The notes under the pieces were generated by a model. That model worked only from the letters and a program-made list of their open reading frames with translations. It was not told the DNA's origin and searched no databases. This document shows, piece by piece, positions 12,501-26,677 of a DNA stretch of 64,000 nucleotides (its first letter is position 1; each line of letters begins with the position of its first letter). The position numbers and the translations under genes were made by a program. Source of the DNA: Phoronis australis (Eukaryota; Animalia; Phoronida); the NCBI GenBank assembly GCA_002633005.1, contig NMRA01000097.1, forward strand, positions 509,721 to 573,720, given 5' to 3'.

Positions 12501-15500
12501 TAGGCTCTTGTTTGACCCTAACAGGGAAAGATGAGTTGAATGTTTCAAACTTTAATGTGCCCGGTTCATCCACGCGACTGTCCCGGTGACGCCGGAGGTT
12601 TCGGGCCGGGGTTTCGAACTCTTTGCTAGCCCTGAACAGAAGAACTCCTTCAACTACTGCCTTTAGCGCTGTTTGTAAAAATTCTTCTTTATACTTTCGT
12701 ACCATCTCTAAAACCAAAATACCGAATATCTGATATCATCAAGATCTTTAAGTCGGTAACATTTAGATATTCTCTTTAAATTTCTAACAAAACTTGCATC
12801 AAACAAAGTTACACAACGTAGGACCTAACCTTTTTACCTATCCCTTCACCCGTTATCGTTACAAATGTGCCAAATAAATGAAAACAGTAATCATATCATT
12901 AAATTGCGAAAAGACGGTTTTTTTTTTCTTTAATTCAAGTTACATGTAGTTATTTGAAGGCAGAGCACACTTCTACTGACAGAATTCTAAGTGTACAGGG
13001 CAAAACGCCAACTTCACAGGGACAAAAGGCCCATGTAGCCGTCTTGCCCCACCAGCATGGAGGCCTTTTACCCCCAGAAAACAGCCATCTAATTTTAACA
13101 TTATACCGTACAAGAAAGGGAGATAAGTCAAAGTAAATGACTCCAACAACAACTTTATACACTGGTTTAGCAGCAATTTCATCTGAACTGTCAGTTATTA
13201 TTAGTAACGCATACGACACTAAAAGTAACGAAGTGTCGTCTTTACTAGAAAACCAACTTAAACAAAAAGCTTAGCTCATCAACATACCGTTGAAGTCTGA
13301 GTTCCAAAAAACCTGTCAGCAGACGATCGTGTGAAACCAGAAGACGTAAACAGCCACGTGGTGCTTTACGTCTTCTGGTTTCACACGATCGTATCATTCC
13401 CGACTTTTGGGTTGTTGGCGTTTGTCCCCGCGTAAGCTTTTTGCACCATGTTATTCTAGAATTATTATACCTGCCTGGAAAGTAAGCCACTGGCAACTAT
13501 TTTAGAGTTATATATCCGAAATTGGTGACTAGAAATGGAAGTGATGTAAGGATCTTAGCCAAACAAATGCAAACATTCATTGGACCCTCATAACACTAAC
13601 GCGACCATGATGCTGATGGCACCTGCCTGTTCTCAGTCTAGTTCAGATGTGTTAAAATCAACCTAGTGAACATTGACTTGGGCAGATGGACAAATCGGTA
13701 ATCAGCATGCCTCTGTAGCGTTCATAAAGAACTGTTTCTCTGTTCAACATACATGTATGAATAAATAAAATAGGTAGGTGTTGGAATGCCGTGCAGTTAC
13801 CGGCGGTTAAGACGGTAAATTAGTACAAAGTAAAAAGAGGAGCGTCGGTGCTCAACTATATTAAACATTTTACAACCTTTCTGGGGCAAGCTTTTTACCA
13901 AGGCAGTGACGAACTGCGGATTAAATAGCTATAATATATAAAGTAGAGGTCATCTGCGCTACTTTACACATCTATATATTCTGCAGTCTGTTATCTTTCC
14001 CTTGATTAAGAGTTACTTCTCGAAACATGGATAATGCTTTGATATACTTTAGTATCGACTCTCGTCGTTTTATCTATACATGAAATATTTAACATCTGAT
14101 CGTGTGTAAATTTACGAACAGGAACCTTGTTAAACTATAGCCGCCGACAAGCCAAGCTTGAGTCGCCCACACACGAGACAACGGTTTCATCCGCCAACTT
14201 GGATATGTGTAACTAGGTAGCTTGAACACACCGGTTCATGTACAGTGTACGTTCCCCCAAAAAATGGACAGGAGAGTAAGAGATGTTGAACTCCATTGTT
14301 CCTTTTAGTATGACATTTTAAATACCTTCACCATTAACAAAAGCTCAGATTTATTCACGAAAAGCTCTCGTGAACGGGTTTTGAGTGTTTCTAAAATTGC
14401 TAAAGGAGTTTACTATGAGGTACTTTTCAAGGCCAGCTACGTAAGTCGACAACAGAGTCAGTATTCAATAAAAATTTTTCTTCCCACAAAAGCAAAGTGT
14501 TACACCCATTCCAATAATTACAAATCCTTGCTATTGCCAATCATCCCTGCGTCGGCTGAACAGCGAACGCCGGGTTTGAGGATTAAAAAACTCCTTTGTC
14601 CAAACAACCCAAACTATTCACTGACTCCCGAGTGTATTATGAAGTGTTGTTTTCGCCATACACTCGCTCTATGGTATTTTAACAGACATATACATTTGAA
14701 GGTGGGGTCCTTTAGAGCGCAATGTAATAACCTGCTTGTTTATTCTAGTTTACAACAAGCAAAGGCGCAGCCGCTGCGCTTTCACAACTTGAAAGCGTGG
14801 TCTAATGTATTGCAAGAGGTGGCGGCTAGATCTGACATATGTTGAAGTATTTTGACTCTTGACTCTTTGGTGTGAGCTGTCATCTCTGCTGTCGTTCACT
14901 TAAAGCAAGCAGCTAAGCTGGCAGCTATCCATCTCCGTTGTCCCTTACGTAAATAAGGCCATCACTTTTGCCTTTTATACCAGTCCACTCGTATTGCCTC
15001 ACGTTGAATCTGGATAGTTTCGGACAAGTTCCTAAAGTGAAAGATCACCTTCGTTATTTGCTGAGGAATTAAGTTGTGCGGAAACGTTACTCTACTTAAG
15101 TATATTGTCGGTTGCCAAATACATTTTAAAAGCAAATCCAAATATAAATAATTTTCTAAGCACACATAGACATGCACCTCAGGTAGGGGGATAGGTTGGA
15201 ACGAGGAGGGGAGACCATTCAGGGCGTGAATAATGAAGGTCAGGACGAGGGTAGGGGGAGTAGCAGAGAAGCGGCTGCAGGAGGGAGAACGGGTGGTAAG
15301 AACAAATGGTAAGTTTTCGGCGGACGGATCGATGGTGAGACAAATGCGAATTACGAAGGCCTTGGAGACAACTACATGGAATATAAAATTGTCCGTAAGC
15401 TTTGTTTCGAGTACGACGAAGGACCAGTATACTTGCAGCCCAGATAATTCAATGTAAATGAACGAGGTAAACATGCCAACGTCTGACCACAGCACACTTA

Positions 15501-18500
15501 GATTTCACCACACTACGTGTGGAAATGAATGAATGCCGGAGTCTGCACTCTGGATATGACCTTGTGACCACAAATTGAGGTAGACCAGATTGTGTATTGC
15601 AGGGTTGTAATCTTGACAAACTGAATAGTTTTAATACAGGCTTTTTGGTAGTATCTGCAAATCCTTGAAATGTTGACGGATGCAGTATTCCCGATTGAGT
15701 TCATAATTTGCATGTTGCCTTGCACCATAGTATAGGTAGTTATGCCGCAATGTTGCTGAAGGCTCGGTTTTTTTTTCGTTTATCATGAGAAACTTGACGT
15801 GAGAGGAACTAAAAGACGAGCAAAATGAATTTCACATCATCTGATGTTAAACTAGATAATTAGCTTTAAAAAGCAGTTGGTTATTGCAAATAACTGTATT
15901 TTGTGCAAGTAAATATTTTTCAACTACTTTTTTGTTTTTCTTTGTTGACTTACCGTTGCTTTAGTGAGGGCAGTAAAGTGGGGTACACAAAAACGCGAAT
16001 TCTGTCCAAGTTCAAAGAATTACTTTTAGAAAACACCGAGAGTAACGTATAAAACATTATCATTGTTCTAGATTTGGACTTTGTTCTTTCATTTCATCCA
16101 TAGTTTAATTTGGCAAAACATAATTGCTCCTCACAATTTTGAAATCATCGGTCCTTGTCAGCTTTCGAAAACGTCCTTCAGGCGTCGCTAGTAATTGGTC
16201 ATAAGACGCTATTTTTGCCAAGATCTTACTTTGCACTTTGATGTAACAGGTCAATGTCACTGGACGCAATTAATGGATAACATGACAGGGTGAAAGAGTT
16301 TGCTATATCGGCTCACATCTCAGAGATTAGAAAACATCAAAATGGCGGGATCGGAGAACATCAGATGTTCATTCGCAGGACGATCCAGCTGTAAGTGCTC
16401 ATCAGCCGGCGACGAATTTCCTGTTGCCGGTTAAGACTTCTAAAAATAATACGGCGAGCCATATGGGAGAAATTAATGTGACTGAAGACGTTGGAGAATA
16501 TCATTTGTTAATCAACAGAACAGTAATCGAGCAACGTTCCTTAACTATTTATAGTTATAAAGTCAGACGAGCTCACAGCCTCACACCGGTTCGATTGTTT
16601 GAGGTTTCTGTCGAAGAAAACACTGCTGTTGTCCAGGTCATCATGGTCAACGTGGTGCAAGCATCCAAGTCGAGCAGACCGGTGAGCCTGAAGTTCTCGA
16701 GTGAAGTGAAGTGTTTTATAATCGCGATCTTATAGGCGCAGGTGAAAAATCTGACAGCTAAAGCATTACTAGTAATTATGATTATACTTCTGGCATAATC
16801 AATAGTGAGTGTTTCAAGGGGACCGTGGTCCCCTGTTCTTTACAAAATGAATTTTCCACCAGTGGCAAATCATTTCAATTTTGCGTTTACCTTCCCCGCC
16901 CCTTATTTGCAAAGTTCAGCCACTCATTTCTCCCCAACCCCAGCGGCGTTAGTCAACAACAGTTGCCTAAAAAGGTGGAATTCTTTGTTGAAAATTGATA
17001 ATCTTACTCTACACTTGAAAAGTATTCAAAAATATCTTTTAGTCATGGCGGCTCACAACGCATCGCTCTAGCTACTCTGAATGACAGTGCCTTCCACTTG
17101 CACTCAGTTGTCATGAAGGGGAATCCCTTGCTATTTTACAGTTTTGATGTGTACCAATGCCATAATCTCTAGGCTTGCGGTAGACTTTTAAGGCTTTTAG
17201 CCAAAATTGCTACAGCATCTGAAAACTTTTAGTCAGTTTCAAAACGTATTAGTCAAATACTCTCTCTTTTTCTAAGCCCCGCAATTCATAAAAGTACTAA
17301 TAAGGACCTACACATGGACCACAAAGCAATATGGGGGTTATAGCCCCCCACTTTTGTCAGTGATGGGCCGCCGATGTTACATTGACCGACTTTTTTATTT
17401 GTCATCTTATGCACAGGTCCATTTTACAATGTGCTATCGGATAAGACGTTTGCCTGATGAAAAAACAAATGATAAACGTTCCAAGGTCGTATAGCAGCCT
17501 AATAAGATGGAGGGAATGCCAGGCTACATGGGTTTTGCTATGACCTACCGGTAGTACATTTGGGCAGAGGTTTTCCTCGACCCGAGTGGGTATGCTGGGC
17601 ACATCAGCATTTCAAAGATGTTTTCCTTTACATATTGGGCAGGGGTTCCCTCTATCCTCGGGTTACGACGTGAGTAAACCGGTCTCATGGGCATCTCAAT
17701 GATGTTGTAAAAAAACATTGGGTAGGGATTCCCGCTATCGCCGGGTTTCGGTTGGCATTTTGATGAGCAAGACATTTGTGTCCAAAAACGTTAAACAAAC
17801 ATTGTGGCTAGCAAGATAAAGCTAAATGGTGAAGAGTAGGTTATAGAAAACTCATAAAATAATGAACTGATATTTACTTTATTCCATGCATTCTTTTGGC
17901 AGCCAAATTTCAAACTTCATACACTGGCGCGCGACATATAGCGAACTGACTAGATATGTCATGTGACGTATTTTCATTTAAAAAAGATAACACACTCGTT
18001 CTAATCGCGTGGTCTGCGAGTTTTACTCCATTGAAAGAACATCTATCAAGGTCAACTCTCAAACAATATTAGGAACTACAAATTATGTACTAAAATTGGT
18101 AATGGGTTAGGAGAGGCTCACATAATTTGAAAATTATGATTTTATACCTTGTGTTCACATTGAATGTTTCAGACAGCTCAACTAGGAACAGTTTTATCCC
18201 CTGGGTAATTAATGCCGTCGCACCGGCTCACCCCATGTCGCCAGTGTAAAAAGGTTTTAGGAGACTCGGTCACGTTTGTCGGAAAAAAAGTCTTCTAGTC
18301 GTATTTGACAGTTTCACTTGCAGACGACAAGTGGCAGCAACTACACAAGATCTCGCTTTGAAGCGAGAAATCACATTACCAAGACCACAGACACCCCTAC
18401 ACAGCTGAACACTTTGATGTGGTAAAAAGTGATTTCAGGGGCATTGGTGGACATGAAATGGTACATGTACTTCCCTTGCTATTTTTTGGACTGGGAATCG

Positions 18501-21500
18501 AAGTAACACTACTTGATTCGATCTGCCTGTGATTCGACACTCGCTCATGTTTCCCTGTCAATTTGGTAAGCATTCGCCAAGTTGGTGAACGGACTCTTGC
18601 CGTCGTCCGTGCTGCACTGAATTTGCCAAACGCGAGCGGCTACCACAAGCCTAGAGTCTGTACCCCAATACGTTGTTGTAGGCTTGTATCCCTTTCGTTC
18701 TTGAATTACAAGGAATACTGAGGTGCTGGAAATCTTACGGAAATGAGAATCTCATGTTTCCCGCCTTCCTGTCAGTGCTAACCCCCCAGTTGTCAAATTG
18801 ACTACACTAGAAGAAACCTGGGGGACATGTTCTCCAAAACCTTTGGTGCAAGATGGCTCAAGGTCACAACTGTTTGTGTGGAAGGACCCCGATTTTCTTT
18901 TGGCTCCAAGACAGAGCTGAATTCCCAGACCGAAGAAGCAATTTGGCAATTAAGCAGTGTATGACGGCGTCATATAAAAATGGACTGCAACAATTTCTTG
19001 ATATACATGTACAACAAAAGATAAACAATTTTTCGCATACACTGTATGTCAGCTATCTAGACATGTTACGCTATTTTACCTACTCTTTGGAAAATGACAG
19101 GCACAAATATGCAAGCTTCTTTTTTTAATTGCTGAAGCCATCATGACAGGTTATGTAATAAGCTGTTTTAGCCTACTGCAGTCCTGTGATTAATTTCTCA
19201 TCGAGGCTGGGACACGTAAGGTCAAACAAATATATTTTGAAACTAAGTCTAGGATACTTGTTTGATTCACTTACGCTGCGTAGAATGTCATGGCTGAAGA
19301 TCGCTTGAGGATTCTTACTAAGCATTCCCAAAATACGATTTCAATCCCAAGAGTAATTTCACCAGTTTAAAGCGCATGCTGACAATGACCAGTTGTATTG
19401 ATTTCAACGGCTCTTTGATGGATCGCTAAATATTGCTGTACCTAGTTTTAACAATCGTTATCGTAAAGTCGAAAATAAAGTATCAAACTTTGGACAAAAT
19501 GAATTTATCCATGGTCTTTAAAAATCACTTTTCTTGATTTTCCATAAGTTCCAGCAAATAAAATCTTCAGCACCCTACGTGTAAGACACAGACAAAAACA
19601 TGCAGCAAGTCTAATCCGTTTTTCTCACGGAAGTTAAGAATTTTTTGTTTTACCATATCGCCGAACATACGTATGCTCATGCATCCAAGAAACAGAAACA
19701 TGTTACCGTTTAAATGCCTAAATGAAACAGTAGTAGTGAGAACACAGGGTCCTGGTAACATTGAGGTGGGGGAACATAGGGCTAGGATAATTCCGGTACC
19801 ACAGAACAGCGAGAGTACCAAAACCAAACCTACGTATACCACCGACTCAGAAAAAATATTCCCAAGAGAAGACCTGCATAAGCAATCAAAGCCGATATGT
19901 ACATGTATTTGGTTCGGTTCTCAAATAATACACAGTTTACAGTTACAATATGTTTAAGGACTGCGACGTAGAAAACTACCGATGCGGCTTTTATAAAATC
20001 TCCACGTCTCGGTCCCTAGGTAAAGTTTTCCACATGCAGTAGGCCAGCAGGTTAACCAATGGAAACCTCTTCCATATTTGAGCTGAAACTGGGCTAAATT
20101 GAACAGCAGTGCCACGACGGCGAAGGAAATTGTAGAACCTCATTGAGCGCGACCTCCGGCGTCACGAGATTTTGCCGTTATTTCTGATTTCAAATTAGCA
20201 TGTCAATAGGCCAGTTTCTCACTAAAGGTGTGAACTTGATAAATTATTCAATGTACCAGAGAGCGACACCTTCATAAAACACCGTATTCTCTTGCTTAAA
20301 GTCCTGCTCTCAAACTGCCCATGTGGTTCCAGTATGCGAAAATACTTACTACATCTTATTTTCGACACCCTTTCTTTATATTCTTCTCGCCTTTCTTGCC
20401 AAAAGCGATTTTTAACAGTATTTGACCCATCTCTGTGAGCGTATAATTACTGGCTGTCATCGGTTATTTCCGTACCCACATTTCCGGTTCATCAGTTCAG
20501 GAACTTGTCCTGAAAGCCGCCATTTTTCCTTGTAGCTGAATGTGCTATCGCTTGCTCGAAAAGTCTTCATTATTTTGTTTTATTAGTAATACCTCGTGAT
20601 TCGTTTGCATATGTAGTGTATTTTTTAGTTTGTAGTTAGTGGTCGTTGATTTTTTTGGAATGTTACGCGTACTTATTATTTAAAAATAGCATTGGTGTTT
20701 TGTTCCTTACGTAGGCTGGTCGAACCTAGGAACCAATATGGGTCGAACCAATTTTATTCGTTTTGATTTATCTTTCTCTTTTTGAAAAAGTACTTTGCTA
20801 TCATCGGAAAGTCAGTGCATTCTACTCAGTAAAAACAGAAAAAGTATCAAATAGGGGAAAGTAGTGTAAAGTTATTGCAAGTTTTGTGGCGAAATTTGGG
20901 TCACTTTGTTTGGATCGCGTCGGCCATATTGGAGGACAGCGGGATAAATTACGATTTATGTAAATTGTTTTCGCCAACAAATTACGGTGAAATTTACTTA
21001 GACATATCTTTGCTTACTATTCTGCACGACTCAACAGTGTTCACCAAATTTCAGCCTCGCAGTTGTTACTTATTAAGAGATAAATGTGCTAACAATTCCC
21101 GTTGGACTTCGTCTCATTTCTGGCGGCACCCACAACATGGCGAGTTTTGCTGAACTGAAAGGCATGTTCAATCGGCTACTTTGTAATTTGTTAAGATTTA
21201 ATGTTGATACATTTTGACAAACGTTGCTACAAAACAGGAACTTTGTTCAATTTTTGTGATTTTTGTGCAAAATATAAGATATATTCGAATTATTTTACTG
21301 TGAATGTCCCATTCAGGTGATCTTACACTAAGCTAAAAAAATAGTTGAAATAATTTTGAAATGGTTTTTCATTTGACTGTCAACTGCTGTTCAAGGCTTG
21401 ATTTGGTGTCTAAATTTTACGCCTCAATTGCTTTCAAGTCATGTTTTGTAGCTTATTGCTTCTTAATCCAGGTTATCAAGTCAACAAAATGAATAATCTT

Positions 21501-24500
21501 AACTTGAGAAATAAGCTATGTTGGATTGTGAAGCTTTAAGCCTATAATTCTTGTTCCTTGTAACTTCATATTTTTTTAATCATGCTTGTCAAATTCTGGT
21601 GTAAGGAAACACTATTTGGGCTCATTCGAATGAGCCCCCCCCCCCATTTGGCGAAGTGGGCTAAAAGGCCAGCCACCGGGAAACAAAAAGCCCGAGAAAA
21701 TGGGAGAAAAGTCCAGTAAAGAAGCGCAAACGCGAAATTCTCAGTTGTGCCCCCCTTTTTTTTCTTAGTCCGCCCACTCTTTTTTTAGCAAAAGTCCCAC
21801 ATCGCCAGGAATTCGAGCCCCCCATATTGAAGGCTGGGTGCGCGCATGTGTGGAATAGTGTTTGTAATGCTAGATGTTGTAAAGTACTGTACATTTTAAG
21901 TTACTTATTATGTTAAAAGTTTGCCTCATTTTGGGTTAATGAATAAAAAATGATAACATTTGTATTGGACTTGTCATACTTATGTGCTCGAACGAGCCCC
22001 CTTTGGAGAAATGGAAAAAGGTCTGCCTCAATCAGAGAAGCACGAACTCCGAAAAAAGTAGAAAGCGAGACGAAATATTCCACTAGAAGATAGGAAGTAC
22101 CAAAATTTAGCGTCTGCAATTCATAACTCTTAACATACCCAGTGAATCTTATGGTAAAAGATAGACATTCCCAAAAATTCCAGCCCCCATTTTTTAAGCT
22201 TGGTGCGCTCATACAAAGTCTGGGAAAATCTCTGTTGAAAACCAACAACTTTGCACAGTTCGCCAGAAGTACCCAAGTTCTAAATAAACCTCGTTTGAGC
22301 GAGAGCTGTGGCCAGCGACCAGGTAGGCCTAAGGGTAGCCTTGGCCCAAAGCTGCAGGGGTCTGCTAACAAGCTAGCTGTCTTTTGGCGGTAGTCTTCAT
22401 ACTGAAGAGCTGGCACTGAGGCTAGCTAAGGGCTGCCGCGGCAGTGTGACACAGGATTAACCAGCCCGTAATTTTATGCAAGTGTCTGAAACTACCTTTG
22501 AATATATAAGGCATTTATGATTTGAACATTTTACTTCGACAAAACAGCTTGCAACCGCATGCCTTTACCGTTCGCCTGCGTCTTGTCTCGATCCGCACCG
22601 TGTCCAATAGCCTGCGGTCCCGAAGCCGGCAAAATAATTTCTGTCAAAATTTATTCGCCACATTTCTTCAGCAAATTCGATAAAAATGTCCATATTTTGA
22701 TTTTATTAAAAATTAAGGCGCGCTGTCCATTATTTTATCCCCGTTTGAAGGCTGGTAACAGGCACTCGCACTGACGGTGTTTTCTTAGCCTGGGTCCCTG
22801 AATGAATTGTACTTCCGGGTTCGCAGCAAGTTCAAAATGGCGATGGTCCTTCGGGTGTTCAGAAATGCATGCATAAAGCATCACGCTAAATCAAGTACAT
22901 CGGTATAATGCACAGTTCATATAAACGCATTTTGACAATCAAAGCTGTTCTTAAACGTTCCTTACCTGGGCAATACCCCCATGTCTGGTCGCTGTCGTAA
23001 TTTGAGGTGGTCGCACACCACAAATGATTGGGATCATTCTCAATGCAGGAACTGTACGACAAGCCCTTGTAAACGAACGGGAACGTGCACGGTGTACCTG
23101 CAGCGTTACCGCCATAAGTAGGCAGGTCGGTATCTGTGGAAAATAACATCTCAATACGTTTCATGAAGTACTATAAATACACATCCACAAGTAGACAAGG
23201 CAAAATGATTTAAGCTATGAGTGCTGTATGATGGCATTGGTAAACGCCCCAACTTTCGTATGGTCTTCCAGTCTTCAGTGTGCGCCACCTTGTGTTTGCT
23301 ATGGGAACAAGTAATTTGCTTTTCTGCCTATTTCACGTACTGTAGCAGCTACACTTAAGCACATTTTGGGAACTTACCTTGATGGCAAAAAGAGTGCAAG
23401 TTGAAGCACTATACATTGTATATATGAGTCAAAGCATTCTATTTGCAGCTACGGAAAAAAGTAAAGGTACCAGTCACATCTTAGCTCTTTTTTAGAGCGA
23501 CATATTTAGGTTCTAGATATTGATTTTGAAATGTTGAGTATTGACCAATCACCTGCCTTTGTATTTTAGTTGAAACTAACTTTAAGAAAACGAAATTCGG
23601 TGTTATTATTGACCTTAGCTCAACAAAAAAATCGATATCGCACAATTGGCTATAACTCTATACCAACGTACATGTATGCATGCAGTGTAATTTAAAATAA
23701 AGCTTTAAAAGATTACGTCGGGCTCCAGAATCATAAAATGCATAATGTTTCAGAAGAAACCAATTACCTTGGCAGCGCAACAGTAATGCCGGTAGGATTA
23801 AAGGTTAAATATCAAAAATGTTTATTGCATGTACATTGAGGCGGTAGCCTCATAATACAGCTTAAATTACAATTTACATTGATCTTAGCACAATTGTTTA
23901 GTTGACAAAGGTTATGGCTTTGAAAAAAAGTAACTAAAGTGGCATCATCTGTCATATGCGTCAGCAAATTTCTGCGCAAACCACCAAGGACATGTCAGTG
24001 ACACAAAAATAAATATCATTTTCTATTTGAATAGGATTGGTTACTCCACAAATTTGCTCATCCTTGGTTACAACGTTGTGTAGAACTCTAATAATAATAA
24101 GAAAGACATTAATGTGTCAAATAACTACAAATTCATATGCAACTTCAAGGTACAGGATTAAATGTGCCTGTAAGCTAATATGATTTTAATGAAATTGAAG
24201 CTCCTGATTTTGAAATCTCGATCAACAATTTGCAAGTTTCACTCCTGGCGAAGACAAGACTCGTGAGATGGAATTGTTACAATAGAAAGTCTTGTAATAA
24301 GCTCTTATCTCATATTTCTCAGATTTTCATGATGATAACAAATTTGATTCATCCAAACAATAAAGAAATGTCCCCTCAAGATACCCAAATTTTTGAGTAA
24401 CACTTTCACCGTTCAACCCATTATTACCAGTACACAATCAAAACAAGAGTCTCCGCAACTTTCTTCCACAACTGACTAAATCTTATATTATTCCTCAAAA

Positions 24501-26610
24501 CATAATTCACGTCTTCTCTCAACCACAAAAATTCAAATGTTACAAAATTATTCAGAAAAATGCTCAATACCAAACTGCAAAATATATGCATCTCAGCATC
24601 TCTAAATTTTTAACAATTTAATAGTATTGGAGATATGTGTCTTACTGTACCTATCATCCTGATTTTTGTTTCCCTTTGCTGTTTAATGAACATCATACAA
24701 TCATATAGTGTTGCCTGTCTAGACATTTTTTAATTTTTGTTTTTATTTTTTTTTACTTTGTAATGTGGTTCTTCTTATAGTAAAATACAACAGCATAACG
24801 TAATCCTTGTTTTGATTCGTCCAAACGATAAAGAAATGTCCCCTCAAGATACGCAAATTTTTGAGAAACACGTTCACCGTTCAACCTATTATTACCAGTA
24901 CAACACAATCAAAACAAGAGTCTCCGCAACTTTCTTCCACAACTGACTAAATCTTATATTATTCCTCAAAACATTATTCACGCCTTCTTTCACCAATGTT
25001 ACAAAATTATTCAGAAAAATGCTCAATACCAAACTGCAAAATCTATGCATGCCAGCATCGCTAAAGTTTTAACAATTTAAAAGTATTAGAAATATGTGTC
25101 TTACAGTACCTATCATCCTGATTCTTGTTTCCCTGTGCTGGGTAATGAACTTCATACAATAATATAGTGTTGCCTGCCTAGCCATTTTTTAATTTTTGTT
25201 TTTATTTTTTTTACTTTGTAATCTGGTTTTTATTACAGTAAAATATAACGGCATAACGTAATCCTTGTTTTTTTCTTTTGTTGGGACAACCATGTTAAAG
25301 TTCAGATTATATCATTCGTAATCTGTACCTAATTTTAGTTTCTCCCATAATTGCATCGGTAGTTTACATTATAGTCCCTAGGTATTTGTCCCTGTACTTG
25401 TACACATTTTACATAGATTTATAACCATTTTGTTGATACTCAACACAGGTTATGTTTCGCTCATTGTCGAAATGAATACATAGTTTATTTTCGACTAATT
25501 GCAAGTGTAGATATAGGTGTCTTTCACCCAACGGCTCCCTTGCCCTTTTGAAAATCCCATTGCCTTGTTTTGATATTTCTAAAGTAATCAATGACTATTA
25601 CATATAGTCTTAGTAAACCTTAGATTAGTCTTTACTTTCGACTTACTCAAGTTCCACTGTTGTCACTTTAAGTTGCACTTGGGAAGTATGAACGACTAGC
25701 CTAGATGTATAGCAATTATGAATAGGTAAATAAACTATCTATCTATCTATCGCTATAAGTATGCATCTATCTACCAATCTCTCTTTACTCTCTAGTGCCT
25801 TGAGGGAAAAGTTTATATAACCTCACCAGGATACAATACATACACGTGCAATGATATCTGTCCCCGGGTAAACATGTATGAGAGAATTTGACTTTCAAAG
25901 TCTAAATTGAAGTTGACCGCTTTCACTGAAATGGTAACCGTGTGTCTGCCTTCGTATAAAAGTGATGCCAAAATTTTTGAATGAAATTAGACCAATTGCC
26001 TGAAAACTGCAACTTCAAAAGTAACAATCAAATCACATCTAATTAGTACATAATTTCTGGGTAGGTAGTTACATCACCCTGTAATGCCGCAGGCATCACC
26101 CGCCAAAGAGTTACGTGTTTCAGTTAGTATGATTTGCCCATCCGGAAAATAAAACTAAAACCAAATATAAAAAGAAAAAGACGAGATTTCTATGATTAGT
26201 AATACGTTATTTGGTTTCATTTCATTTTGATTGATGTGATACTCTATATTCACTAGTTTTATGGAAAGCCGAATAATAAAGCTACCTGATCAATATTTAA
26301 AAGATTTTGATTTTTTGAAAAATTGCGCATGCAGTTGAACCCACCATAATTGCAAATCAAACATTTGTTATTAAGTGTCTCACATGTTTTAAACGCATCA
26401 GTCCTTTGATTACTCTGACTTATATTGTCCGCCAGCATATCAATTTGTAAAGCTGTAAGTATAGTGGGTGTTTTGCTACTCATCTTAGTTACTTACCATT
26501 ATTAACACCTTCTTATTTGAAATGAGCTTCAAAAATGACTTAAATTAAATACTTATTAAGGTATTGCCCAGACAATACCACACTTGCAGTTCATTAATCG
26601 GTCTATCATT

Positions 26611-26677
<67 letters not shown>

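Larger units (their letters stand above)
9921..13456 (-). mobile_element. pogo/Tigger-type (Tc1/mariner-related) DNA transposon, decayed
   Basis: TA|GAGTAACATGGGGCAA...TTGCACCATGTTATTC|TA (14/16 inverted match, TA flanks); subterminal ggggcaaaacgcc repeats at both ends; transposase pseudogene inside. Confidence 0.85.

Noticed and set aside
14962-15495. 177-aa minus-strand ORF
   Set aside because: No recognisable domain and partly low-complexity; the real exon 7 overlaps it in a different frame.
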